From: Enterovibrio qingdaonensis
GTDB lineage: Bacteria > Pseudomonadota > Gammaproteobacteria > Enterobacterales > Vibrionaceae
Direction of reading: 5' to 3'
NCBI RefSeq assembly: GCF_028683135.1
Contig: NZ_JAJUBB010000001.1
Location: 554,277 to 578,276, forward strand
DNA: 24,000 bases
Positions 15,627 to 24,000 of the stretch are shown here, in pieces. The position numbers and the translations under genes are program-made. The notes beneath the pieces were generated by a model. That model ran no database searches. It was not told the origin of the DNA and saw only the letters and a program-made list of their open reading frames with translations. How positions within the stretch are numbered: position 1 is the stretch's first letter; each line of letters begins with the position of its first letter.

Positions 15627-16526
15627 ATGGCTGACAATTCTTGGCTGACCGAATTTCCGGAGATGTCTCGTTCAGATCTCCTGACGATTCGCAAAACACT
15701 CGATGGCGCTTATCGTGAGTTTTCACGAAACTATGGTGAAACCATCGAATCATTTTTTGATCCCCTTCTTCAATTTCTCATCTGGTTTGAAAAGCTACTG
15801 TTAGGCACCCCTTGGTGGCTAATGATTGCGATTCTTGCAGGGGTCTCATACGTCGCCAGCCGCTCTTGGAAACTTGCTGTTGCCGTCATCTTATCTTTCC
15901 TCGCCATTGGCTACTTTGGCATGTGGGAAGACACCATGCGTACCATGAGTATTATCTTGGTATGTACCATGCTCGCTATATTCCTTGGCATACCCATCGG
16001 TATTGCAATGGCGAGATCAAACCGAGTCCAATCGACAGTAACGCCAATGCTTGATGTCATGCAAACCATGCCCGCATTCGTCTACCTCATTCCTGTCGTT
16101 ATGCTGCTTGGTATCGGTAAAATTCCTGGCGTCATCGCGGTGGTAATTTATGCCATTCCGCCCGTCATACGACTTACAAACCTTGGGATACGGCTCGTTG
16201 ATAAAGAAGTCCTTGAGGCCGCTACTGCTTACGGCGCAAGCCCGATGCAGCGTTTATTTGGTGTTCAGCTACCATTAGCGATGCCAACAATCATGGCGGG
16301 CATCAACCAAACCATCATGATGGCTCTGGCGATGGTTGTTATCGCATCGATGATCGGTGTGAAAGGTTTGGGTCAACCTGTTCTCAAATCCATCACCAAT
16401 CAATACTTCACCTTGGGCCTGATTAATGGACTTGCCATCGTAGCCTTGGCGATCATCTTCGACCGTGTATCACAAAGTTATGCGAAGCGTACACAACAGC
16501 ATTTGTGCGGAGGCCACAATGAGTAA
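15627..16526 (+). CDS. proW: Glycine betaine/proline ABC transporter permease (ProW/OpuAB-like), 299 aa
   Basis: It is a polytopic protein with the BPD-transporter EAA-type loop (EVLEAATAYGASPMQRLFGVQLPLAMP). It sits between the SBP and ATPase genes. Confidence 0.88.
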   Translation: MADNSWLTEFPEMSRSDLLTIRKTLDGAYREFSRNYGETIESFFDPLLQFLIWFEKLLLGTPWWLMIAILAGVSYVASRSWKLAVAVILSFLAIGYFGMWEDTMRTMSIILVCTMLAIFLGIPIGIAMARSNRVQSTVTPMLDVMQTMPAFVYLIPVVMLLGIGKIPGVIAVVIYAIPPVIRLTNLGIRLVDKEVLEAATAYGASPMQRLFGVQLPLAMPTIMAGINQTIMMALAMVVIASMIGVKGLGQPVLKSITNQYFTLGLINGLAIVALAIIFDRVSQSYAKRTQQHLCGGHNE

Positions 16527-17778
16527 CGCAGAAAACAGCACGCCGCTAATTCAAATCAAGGGTCTTTACAAAATCTTTGGCAACACACCTGCAAAAGTGT
16601 TGCCGGACGTAAAAGCGGGGAAGTCTAAGGACGATATTCTCGCAGACACGGGGCACACCGTAGGCCTCCAAGACATCAATCTCGATATCGATCGTGGTGA
16701 AATCTTCGTCATTATGGGGTTGTCGGGTTCAGGTAAATCGACGCTAATCCGACACTTCAACCGCTTGATCGAGCCAACTGAAGGCCAGATCATTGTTGAA
16801 GGTGAAGATGTCATGAAGTTGGATGACAAAGGCCTTCAGGACTTCCGCCGCCATAAGATGTCGATGGTATTTCAGCGCTTTGGTCTCATGCCGCATCGCA
16901 CTGTGCTTCAAAACGTCGCATACGGTTTGCACGTTCAAGGCGTAGATAAAGTGGAGCGCGAACAAAAAGCGACTGACTGGTTAGATACGGTTGGTCTTGG
17001 CGGTTATGAGAAACAATACCCGTCTCAACTGTCTGGCGGCCAGCAACAACGTGTGGGACTAGCCCGTGCGCTGTGTACGGATGCTGAAATTCTATTGATG
17101 GATGAAGCGTTTTCTGCGCTTGACCCATTGATCCGAAGTGAAATGCAAGACCAACTGATTGGACTTCAGGAGAAGCTTCACAAAACCATTATCTTTATCA
17201 CGCATGACTTGGACGAAGCCCTTCGCTTAGGCGATCGCATTGCCATCTTGCGTGATGGTAAGTTGGTACAGCAAGGGCGTCCAGTCGACATTCTTCTCAA
17301 CCCTGCTGATGATTATGTCGAAGCATTCGTTAAAGATGTGAACCGCGCGCGTGCACTGACCGTTGATACTGTCATGAAGCCACAAAGCCTGCGCATTAGC
17401 GCAGAAACTGTCGGCGAAGCGATTGCTCAAATGCGTCAGGCGAAAGCCCAACACGGTTACTACATGAATGACGATGGCTATCAAGGTGCCTTGTGCCGAG
17501 ACAAGCTTGAGTCTGTGGAAGCATCTCGCCATGACGATGCCATTGATGACTCCGTGCTAGAAAGTGTACCAGGTATCCAATCTGACGCGCTGCTTGAGCA
17601 AGTCATTCCAGACACCTTAGAGCATGAGCTGCCGCTTCCTGTATTGGATGACGCAGGCGAATTGCAAGGTGAATTGTCTAGAGCAAACCTTGCCGAAGTA
17701 TTGAGTGACCAGTCTGCGGTCAGCAATGACTCCGACTCAACGAAAGGCAAGTCCGACGAAATGAAAGCATCCGCTTAA
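16519..17778 (+). CDS. proV: Glycine betaine/proline ABC transporter ATP-binding protein (ProV/OpuAA-like) with a C-terminal CBS-type region
   Basis: Walker A is GLSGSGKST, the signature is LSGGQQQRV and Walker B is ILLMDEAFSALD. I chose the start at ATG 16519 (MSNAENS), which has GGAGG upstream and an 8-nt overlap with the proW stop. I did not use the track start at 16465. Confidence 0.9.
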   Translation: MSNAENSTPLIQIKGLYKIFGNTPAKVLPDVKAGKSKDDILADTGHTVGLQDINLDIDRGEIFVIMGLSGSGKSTLIRHFNRLIEPTEGQIIVEGEDVMKLDDKGLQDFRRHKMSMVFQRFGLMPHRTVLQNVAYGLHVQGVDKVEREQKATDWLDTVGLGGYEKQYPSQLSGGQQQRVGLARALCTDAEILLMDEAFSALDPLIRSEMQDQLIGLQEKLHKTIIFITHDLDEALRLGDRIAILRDGKLVQQGRPVDILLNPADDYVEAFVKDVNRARALTVDTVMKPQSLRISAETVGEAIAQMRQAKAQHGYYMNDDGYQGALCRDKLESVEASRHDDAIDDSVLESVPGIQSDALLEQVIPDTLEHELPLPVLDDAGELQGELSRANLAEVLSDQSAVSNDSDSTKGKSDEMKASA

Positions 17779-17786
17779 AATCTTAA

Positions 17787-17815
17787 GAGCGCTTCGTCAA
17801 GAAGCGCTTTTTCTT
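17787..17815 (+). terminator. Rho-independent terminator after proV
   Basis: AGAGCGCTTC (17787-17796) / GAAGCGCT (17801-17808) is followed by TTTTTCTTT. Confidence 0.8.
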
Positions 17816-17872
17816 TCCCATCCGTTACGCCACTCTTCGCTATACTAACGTAAGACTTATCATTCCTGAGAC

Positions 17873-18922
17873 ATGCGTGTGTTTGCAACGAATAGCAAAA
17901 GCTCCTACGCACATAGTGCCTTTGGCCTAAAGCTGGCAACGATAAACTTGTTTAATTTTATCGAGCCGCCGGGTGCGTATTACGAATTCAGTAATATCTA
18001 CAGCGAAGACCAATGGCACCAGAAACGTGCATGGCTGAACCGTTATATCGGAAGTTACGAGCCTGATATTATAGCGTTTCAGGAAGTGTTCAGTGCCAAT
18101 ACCTTACGTTCATTATTAGAACCGCTTGGATATCGCTTTTTCTCTGTGGTGGACGAGCCAGAACCTTTAGACGAATACATCTATAAAAGCCCAGTGGTTT
18201 GCCTTGCATCACGCTACCCTATTCTAAGCGCGCTGCCTCTAAGGGCCGACCCAGAACTTTCTGTTAAATTAGGCTTAAATGAAGACTTTGAGTACAGCCG
18301 CTTGCCGCTGTTCGCGACGTTAGAGCTTCCGTCTATCGGTCAAACTGATGTTTACGTTGTGCACTTGAAATCTAAACGTCCCATCACCGACGAAAAACCA
18401 AACCCGGAAAAGAAAACACTCCACGACACGATGAGAGAGGAAATTGCTGGCTCTTGGGCGTCCTCCATCCAGCGCGGTTCAGAGGCATGCCATTTAATGG
18501 CGTCAATCATTGAAAGACGCTCCCATACAAACAATCCAGCGATATTGATGGGAGATTTTAATGATGATCTGAATTCAGACGTTTTACGCGCTTTTCATGT
18601 AAACAGTCTCCGCACCATCACCGAAGACATGGCAGACATGCCTCTGTCTCACTACCAACTGCATGACAGTTGGGAGCTTTACGTAAAAAGCGTCGGAGAA
18701 ACCGGTTTGATCAGGCCTTCGACACACTACTTTCACGCCAAGGGCTCTGTGCTTGATTACATTCTTTTATCCAATGAGTTCAACAGCACAGATCCCGCTA
18801 GCATCGCAGAAGTCGGGGATTTTCATTGTGAGGATAAACACCTTGTCGACCCCAAGTTTGATCAAGATACCTACTCCAGTGATCATGCGATTATCTGTGT
18901 AACCATAACATTGAGACAGTAA
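17873..18922 (+). CDS. Endonuclease/exonuclease/phosphatase (EEP) family protein, 349 aa
   Basis: EEP-type motifs are present: ATINLFNF near the N-terminus, DIIAFQEV, ILMGDFND, and the C-terminal SSDHAIICVTI (catalytic His). No signal peptide is evident. Confidence 0.7.
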   Translation: MRVFATNSKSSYAHSAFGLKLATINLFNFIEPPGAYYEFSNIYSEDQWHQKRAWLNRYIGSYEPDIIAFQEVFSANTLRSLLEPLGYRFFSVVDEPEPLDEYIYKSPVVCLASRYPILSALPLRADPELSVKLGLNEDFEYSRLPLFATLELPSIGQTDVYVVHLKSKRPITDEKPNPEKKTLHDTMREEIAGSWASSIQRGSEACHLMASIIERRSHTNNPAILMGDFNDDLNSDVLRAFHVNSLRTITEDMADMPLSHYQLHDSWELYVKSVGETGLIRPSTHYFHAKGSVLDYILLSNEFNSTDPASIAEVGDFHCEDKHLVDPKFDQDTYSSDHAIICVTITLRQ

Positions 18923-19023
18923 CGAGCTTCGCTCAATAAGACCTTCTACAAAGCAGTATTGTGAGGTTAATTTCTTATAAACAATAGAACGCGAACGTGG
19001 CGATCTATATGGGGAACACCATC

Positions 19024-19788
19024 ATGTATCGTTTATTAAAATGCTGGGAATGCGCAAAACTGCTGCTAATTACCATTTCGCTGATTTTGCCCGGATTTAC
19101 CTTGGCGCAAACGGTGCCTCAAAGGGAGATAACCGTCATCAGTGAACTCTGGGTTGATGCGACGGAAAAAGACGGCAGCGGACTTTACTTTGAAATCATG
19201 CGCCGTGTTTTTGAACCGCTGGGTTACTCGGTGAAGACACAAACCACAACCTACTCGCGCAGCGTCAAACTGGTTCAGTCAAAGAAGATGGACATCTTTT
19301 TAGGATCATATATAGACGAACAAGAACGTGTTTTATACCCCAAATGGCATTTCGACGCTGAGCAAGTCGCCGCTGTATACAAACCAAGTGTGATCAATAG
19401 CTGGCAAGGAGAGGCAAGTTTAAAAGGGAAAACGGTCGCCTGGATTAAAGGATACGACTATGACGAATACTTGGAAACTGAGCTTAACAAGCGCGAAGTA
19501 AAGTCTCGCCGCCAAGGCCTGTCTCTGCTGGCTTCAGATCGCATTGATGCGCTTTTAGATGCCCATGATGAAATATTGGAAGAGCTTGACGAAGATAATC
19601 TAGAAAGCAAAAATCTCGCCATTTCGATTGTAAAGGATCTGCGTTTATATCCTGCTTTTTCGGATTCTCCGCGAGGTAATGAGTTGCGTAGAATCTATGA
19701 CAAGCAATTCGAAAAGCTGCTGAGAACAGGTGAAATAAAACGTCTGTTTGATGAATATGAATGGGAGCGCTTCCCCTTCACGCCATAA
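19024..19788 (+). CDS. Orphan periplasmic solute-binding-like protein (family 3 PBP-like)
   Basis: Its signal peptide is MYRLLKCWECAKLLLITISLILPGFTLAQ. Its size and alternating alpha/beta pattern resemble stand-alone SBP_bac_3-like proteins. No permease or ATPase gene is adjacent. The ORF is open from GTG 18997, and ATG 19009 is also possible. Confidence 0.5.
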   Translation: MYRLLKCWECAKLLLITISLILPGFTLAQTVPQREITVISELWVDATEKDGSGLYFEIMRRVFEPLGYSVKTQTTTYSRSVKLVQSKKMDIFLGSYIDEQERVLYPKWHFDAEQVAAVYKPSVINSWQGEASLKGKTVAWIKGYDYDEYLETELNKREVKSRRQGLSLLASDRIDALLDAHDEILEELDEDNLESKNLAISIVKDLRLYPAFSDSPRGNELRRIYDKQFEKLLRTGEIKRLFDEYEWERFPFTP

Positions 19789-19793
19789 TAGAG

Positions 19794-19822
19794 AAAACGC
19801 CAGTCTGAACTGGCGTTTTTTA
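19794..19822. terminator. Bidirectional rho-independent terminator
   Basis: AAAACGCCAG / CTGGCGTTTTTT (stem 19797-19803 / 19810-19816) lies between convergent genes. Confidence 0.8.
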
Positions 19823-19847
19823 CATTCTGAGGCTTAACGGCGTTTGA

Positions 19848-20114
19848 CTAGCGACGGTCAGTAATGTCTTGGTAATCGCCGTCAATGGTTTGACCTTGAT
19901 GATCGTGTTTCTTACCAAACGGTGTTTGTTCCGCTTGTGAATGTTCCTGCTGATAAATGCCAGCCTGTTCCTCTTGCATTCTACGTATTTTCTTCATCAC
20001 AAAAGGCTTCGCAATCAAAGCACATAGAGAAACAAACAGTCCAAGTACCGTTGCAAATACAAGCGTGAAGAAGCCTAAAATAAGTGTCATCGCACCGATT
20101 AGGATTTGTCTCAT
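19848..20114 (-). CDS. Small membrane protein, hypothetical, 88 aa
   Basis: GGGGA lies 6 nt upstream of the ATG. Two hydrophobic segments (ILIGAMTLILGFFTLVFATVLGLFVSLCALI) are followed by a charged Gln/His-rich tail. Confidence 0.5.
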   Translation of the reverse strand: MRQILIGAMTLILGFFTLVFATVLGLFVSLCALIAKPFVMKKIRRMQEEQAGIYQQEHSQAEQTPFGKKHDHQGQTIDGDYQDITDRR

Positions 20115-20222
20115 GTCGATTCCCCGTGGATTAAAATCGTGTTGGCTTCATTGCGCTATATTTGCTCGTCCCAACTAAAATGCGCCTTCGACACTGCTTT
20201 TTCAACCCTGCTTTACAGAATT

Positions 20223-21032
20223 TTACATTCCAGTTTTAGGCTGCTCTTCCTGATAAGTTAGCGACTGATTGATAAGAGCATTGATTTCATTCACCAAAAT
20301 CGTCACATTTTGCCAAAGAACGAAGTGCCCTTCATTCGGTAACAACTTGAGCTCAGCCCCATCCAATTTCTGTTTAGCAAAAACAGAATTGCGCGGATCA
20401 GCAATGTCATCCTCTTCACCATGAACCAAAACTATCGGCATGTTCAAGGTTTCCCAATTTTGCTCTGAAAGCTTCTCCAACTCCCCTTCCAACACCATCA
20501 TTTCTTCATTGGAACGATTCATGTCTTCAGGCAGTACCCATTTCGCCACCATGGTATCGGCCAAATAGTTGTACCACTTTGGGTCCTCTAACACAGGGTC
20601 AAACGCTGAGGCGATAAGTAGCAACCCGCTCACTTTTTCAGGAACCAATAACGCAACTTGTAATGCAATTGGACCGCCCAACGAGTGTCCGACCAAAAAC
20701 GTTCGCTTTTCGCTGTTCTCAAGCAGTGGAACAATCGCTTCTGCCTGACGGTGGAGAGAGGTTTCAACGTCTGAGCCCGATTCACCAAACCCCAATCTGT
20801 CTACAGACACCAAATCGAGAAGCTGCAACGCATGGTGTTGGAGATAGTCGTCATAGGCTTCTTTACTGCCCGGCGAACCATGAATGAATATCACCCGTAT
20901 CGGAGAACTACTGTTGCCGCCTTGCTTGATCGGCACTGGCAGTTCGGTAAGGGCTTTAGGTGTTTCTGCGCACGCCGTTTGCAAGCCCAACATGGTGATT
21001 AGCAAGATACCTACATTTCTCAATCGCCACAT
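20223..21032 (-). CDS. Exported alpha/beta-fold hydrolase, 269 aa
   Basis: The signal peptide ends in an A-x-A site (LQTACA/E). It has the nucleophile elbow GHSLGG, an HG oxyanion-like FIHGSPGS, and a C-terminal GHFV catalytic His region. Confidence 0.8.
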   Translation of the reverse strand: MWRLRNVGILLITMLGLQTACAETPKALTELPVPIKQGGNSSSPIRVIFIHGSPGSKEAYDDYLQHHALQLLDLVSVDRLGFGESGSDVETSLHRQAEAIVPLLENSEKRTFLVGHSLGGPIALQVALLVPEKVSGLLLIASAFDPVLEDPKWYNYLADTMVAKWVLPEDMNRSNEEMMVLEGELEKLSEQNWETLNMPIVLVHGEEDDIADPRNSVFAKQKLDGAELKLLPNEGHFVLWQNVTILVNEINALINQSLTYQEEQPKTGM

Positions 21033-21233
21033 GTCCTTCCCCGTCCCTCCACTTTTTTATCACGCTTCCTGTATTCAGAGACCGTACATCAGCCTAATAA
21101 ATAACGTTAACCAAGAAGATTTTGATGACATTTGTATTGTTAAGGAGACTTAACATACTGAATTGGTTTTGAGACAACACATACACTCTGCAGAGTTGTA
21201 GCCTATATGCATGTCAGTAAGAGGATGTATGGC

Positions 21234-21512
21234 ATGACAACCCAACGCAACACCAAAGTATTGTTCCTGTTGAGCGTCGTTGTATTAGTGGGATGCTCAC
21301 AAACGCGCCACGATGCTCTCGCGGATCTCGGCTTCGCCACTCCCTATTTGGAAGGCTATGACGACGGCTGCCACAGCAAAGTCACCTCAGCACAAACTCA
21401 CCGAGATGGCTTTCGTCAAGACAGGGAACGCATGTTCAAAGACATACGCTATGCCAATGGATGGGCTGATGGGTTTGAGCAATGCTATGCCGCAAACAAA
21501 CGTTTTTATTAA
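21234..21512 (+). CDS. Small lipoprotein, hypothetical, 92 aa
   Basis: AAGAGGA lies 9 nt upstream of ATG 21234. The signal peptide has the lipobox LVGC. The mature part carries two related motifs, EGYDDGC and NGWADGFEQC. The ORF track start at 21207 is less likely. Confidence 0.6.
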   Translation: MTTQRNTKVLFLLSVVVLVGCSQTRHDALADLGFATPYLEGYDDGCHSKVTSAQTHRDGFRQDRERMFKDIRYANGWADGFEQCYAANKRFY

Positions 21513-21604
21513 AAACCTGCCATTTGGCCGGTTATACCCAAACAACTTGAAGATGCTTGAATTCAGGTTGATTGGGTATAACGTCAACGCCGTCACAGCG
21601 TTCG

Positions 21605-21925
21605 TTAGCTTTTGTCGTCACTCAAAAGCATCACTCGCTTAGATAGCTCTGTCCCATCTTCAAACGTTGCCGACAAACGGCCGCTGCGTGTACTTACACT
21701 GTCTGTGGGAATGAATACCACTCCGTTTTCAGGTGTTGTATAACTCCCCTGTTCGTTCGCAAGAGACAGCTTAACACCCTCAACGGGTGTACCTAACTGT
21801 GACACACTCACCCAAAAGCCTTGTTCTACAGAAGTAATATTCAATTCAATATTGGACTCGACTGAAACTGCAAAAGATGGCGCACAAAAGACAGTTGCAA
21901 TCAACGTGGACATAAAATTTTTCAC
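21605..21925 (-). CDS. Small secreted protein, hypothetical, about 106 aa
   Basis: AAGGAGA lies 6 nt upstream of GTG 21925, giving the signal peptide (M)KNFMSTLIATVFCAPSFA/VS. The mature part is beta-strand-rich in character. The longer track start at 21970 adds a non-signal-like extension. Confidence 0.55.
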   Translation of the reverse strand: MKNFMSTLIATVFCAPSFAVSVESNIELNITSVEQGFWVSVSQLGTPVEGVKLSLANEQGSYTTPENGVVFIPTDSVSTRSGRLSATFEDGTELSKRVMLLSDDKS

Positions 21926-22245
21926 AGTGCTTCTCCTTATTAGAATTGAAGCAAAGCAATAAGCTTTCACTACTTTTTAAGCGTAGGCGCGAATATAGAT
22001 TCCTCCAAACGACGCGAATACTTCTTCAGCTATAACCACATAAAAAAACATGCCTTTTTTCTTAATTAACAGTGCGATATACCGTTAATTGTGACCTTTA
22101 TCGTACCCGAATCATGAATTGAAATATTTTTGCAACATTAATCGCGAACAAAATCAATATTGACCTATATTAAAGACAATCAGTGTATGTAAAAACCAAC
22201 AATTTCATTTTCCGTCGACCTATAACATTGACATCAGGAGCGTCC

Positions 22246-24000
22246 ATGCACCACTTCTTGCCCAAAACCATTAAGGCACAGCTAGCCAGTGTTGCTGTTC
22301 TCATTCTTTTCTCTGTCGTTGTTTTTGCCGCCACGTTTCACACCTCATTTTCGCAGTTGAATAAACTCGATACGGCGTCGATGGACATATTGAAAAGCCA
22401 AACTTCCGTGTTAATGCTTCGTCGCCATGAAAAAGACTTTATGGCGAGAAACGACACCAAATATAAAGGGAAATTTGAACAGGAATTCTCTGCACTGACC
22501 AACAGACTATCGTCGGCTAGTGCAATATTGAATTCGCTTCAAATGGAGAAAAAATCTGATGTCCAAGCAATGCTTGATAAATTAAATAAGTATAAATATG
22601 ACTTTGATGCCTTAATCGAACAACGTCTTACTGTTGGCGTATCACATGACAAAGGTCTGCAAGGGGCTGCAAGAGATGCTTCACATCGCATTGAAAAAGA
22701 AATACAGCGCATCGAAGATGACGGTATTTACAAACAATTGTTGATGCTAAGAAGGCATGAAAAAGACTTTTTGCTGCGTTCAGACGAAAAATACATCAAC
22801 GCATTTAATGCGCAATTGGCAGGGGTAGAATCTTCCATTGCTAGCAGCGATATGCCCGCGAGTAATCGCCTCATTATGGAATCCGCATTAAAAGATTACC
22901 AATTAGCATTCAATGCGTTAGCTCAAGGCCTATCCGATATTGGTCTAACACCTCAAGATGGTCTTCACGGAAGCTTGCGGGCATCCGTGCGCGAAACCGA
23001 AGCGCAGATGAAAACATTGAGTCAAGATCTTGTGGCATCGATAAAAGCACGAGAATCCAGCGTCACGACACAGCTGATTTTGGTTGGAGCCATCTTAGCC
23101 ACAATCCTCTGTTTTACTATCCTGCTGATTTCACACCACGTGACAAAAAAAGTCTCGACTGCCAATCAGTTAATGCACAAAATCGCCAGTGGCAACACGT
23201 CTCTTGATGTCCGCATGAATTTGCCCGGTAACGATGAGCTTTCTCAGCTCGCACTTCATTTCAACACCTTCATCAGTAACCTACAGTCCACAATGGAGAA
23301 AATCGGCAGCATCTCTAGTGAACTAACAAGTAATGCGCACCACAGTTATTCATTGGCACAAAAAACTGCTGAAAATGCAGAGAAGCAACGTGCCGAATCA
23401 GAATCAGTTGCAACAGCAATGAATGAAATGACAGCAACGAGTAAAGACATTGCACAAAGCGTTGCACAGGCTGCCAGTGTTGCTAACGAACTGCAGCAAT
23501 CTGCACAAACAGGACGAAACGTAAACACTGAAACATCCACCCAAGCAAACGAACTCTCCGAAAGCATGCAATCGGCCAGTCAAAACATGCAGCAGTTAAA
23601 TAGTGACAGTGAGGAGATCGGCTCCGTCATTGATGTTATTCGCTCCATTACCGAGCAAACAAACTTACTCGCACTCAATGCAGCAATAGAAGCGGCGCGA
23701 GCAGGCGATCAAGGCCGAGGGTTTGCTGTTGTTGCAGATCAAGTGCGCGAACTCGCCATGAAAACACACCAATCTACCGATGAAATTACCAATATTATTG
23801 AACAGCTCCAGCAAGGGATTAAGCGGAGTGTTGAGGTCATGACGCAAAGCAGCGAGATGGCCTCTCGCAGCGTAAATCAAGCCCTCGAAGGCGCATCAGT
23901 CATAGTGCGCATGGTCGATCAAATCGAAAACATTGCAGGGCAAAACATGCAGATTGCCACCGCATCTGAAGAACAAACTGTTGTGACAGAAAGTGTGGAT
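22246..24000 (+). CDS. Methyl-accepting chemotaxis protein, 5' 585 codons, open at the window end
   Basis: It is absent from the ORF track because there is no stop codon within the window. CAGGAG lies upstream of ATG 22246. It has TM1, a helical sensor of about 250 aa, TM2 ([19 protein letters not shown]), a HAMP domain and the MCP signalling core [30 protein letters not shown]. Confidence 0.92.
   Translation, partial: MHHFLPKTIKAQLASVAVLILFSVVVFAATFHTSFSQLNKLDTASMDILKSQTSVLMLRRHEKDFMARNDTKYKGKFEQEFSALTNRLSSASAILNSLQMEKKSDVQAMLDKLNKYKYDFDALIEQRLTVGVSHDKGLQGAARDASHRIEKEIQRIEDDGIYKQLLMLRRHEKDFLLRSDEKYINAFNAQLAGVESSIASSDMPASNRLIMESALKDYQLAFNALAQGLSDIGLTPQDGLHGSLRASVRETEAQMKTLSQDLVASIKARESSVTTQLILVGAILATILCFTILLISHHVTKKVSTANQLMHKIASGNTSLDVRMNLPGNDELSQLALHFNTFISNLQSTMEKIGSISSELTSNAHHSYSLAQKTAENAEKQRAESESVATAMNEMTATSKDIAQSVAQAASVANELQQSAQTGRNVNTETSTQANELSESMQSASQNMQQLNSDSEEIGSVIDVIRSITEQTNLLALNAAIEAARAGDQGRGFAVVADQVRELAMKTHQSTDEITNIIEQLQQGIKRSVEVMTQSSEMASRSVNQALEGASVIVRMVDQIENIAGQNMQIATASEEQTVVTESVD

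Noticed and set aside
16465-16518. Longer proV start at 16465 given by the ORF track
   Set aside because: It would overlap proW by 62 nt and adds a non-conserved N-terminus. ATG 16519 has a GGAGG SD and gives the typical MSN...IKGLYKIFG start of ProV-type ATPases.
21313-21642. 109-aa plus-strand ORF and the 69-aa minus-strand ORF at 21387..21596, overlapping the lipoprotein gene
   Set aside because: The lipoprotein frame has an SD, a signal peptide and a lipobox. These overlapping frames have none of these.
1-24000. Mobile elements, CRISPR arrays, tRNA/rRNA genes and known defence-system genes
   Set aside because: I saw no transposase, integrase or recombinase-like ORFs. I also saw no long terminal inverted repeats, no regularly spaced repeat arrays and no cloverleaf-like conserved tRNA sequences in the intergenic regions. 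All sizeable ORFs are explained by transport, metabolic or signalling functions.

Overview
This window looks like ordinary chromosomal DNA from a gammaproteobacterium, probably Vibrionaceae-like. That guess rests on a TnaA N-terminus nearly identical to E. coli TnaA and on the gene content. It is densely coding and dominated by transport, metabolism and signalling genes. In order, it contains: a truncated 3' gene end; an NhaC-family antiporter behind a 418-nt leader; a three-gene operon of a stand-alone NRPS-type adenylation enzyme, a polytopic NOX/ferric-reductase-like flavoprotein and a crotonase; an HlyD-type adaptor plus a FUSC-like membrane protein; a complete tryptophanase locus tnaC-tnaA-tnaB; a convergent OmpR-type response regulator and histidine kinase pair; a proXWV-like betaine ABC transporter; an EEP-family hydrolase; an orphan periplasmic binding protein; a cluster of small exported or membrane proteins with an alpha/beta hydrolase; and the 5' 585 codons of a methyl-accepting chemotaxis protein that the ORF track misses because it runs off the window. 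I recognised no rRNA, tRNA, CRISPR array, transposase, integrase or known defence system. The best candidate for an undescribed system is the carrier-less adenylation enzyme translationally coupled to a membrane flavoreductase (2297-6050). This is a hypothesis from domain motifs only and needs database and experimental checks. Other points worth a look are a tnaC leader peptide with the conserved W-x3-D-x7-P spacing but an extra sense codon after Pro, several unassigned candidate operator or repeat sites, and an unexplained structured leader upstream of nhaC.
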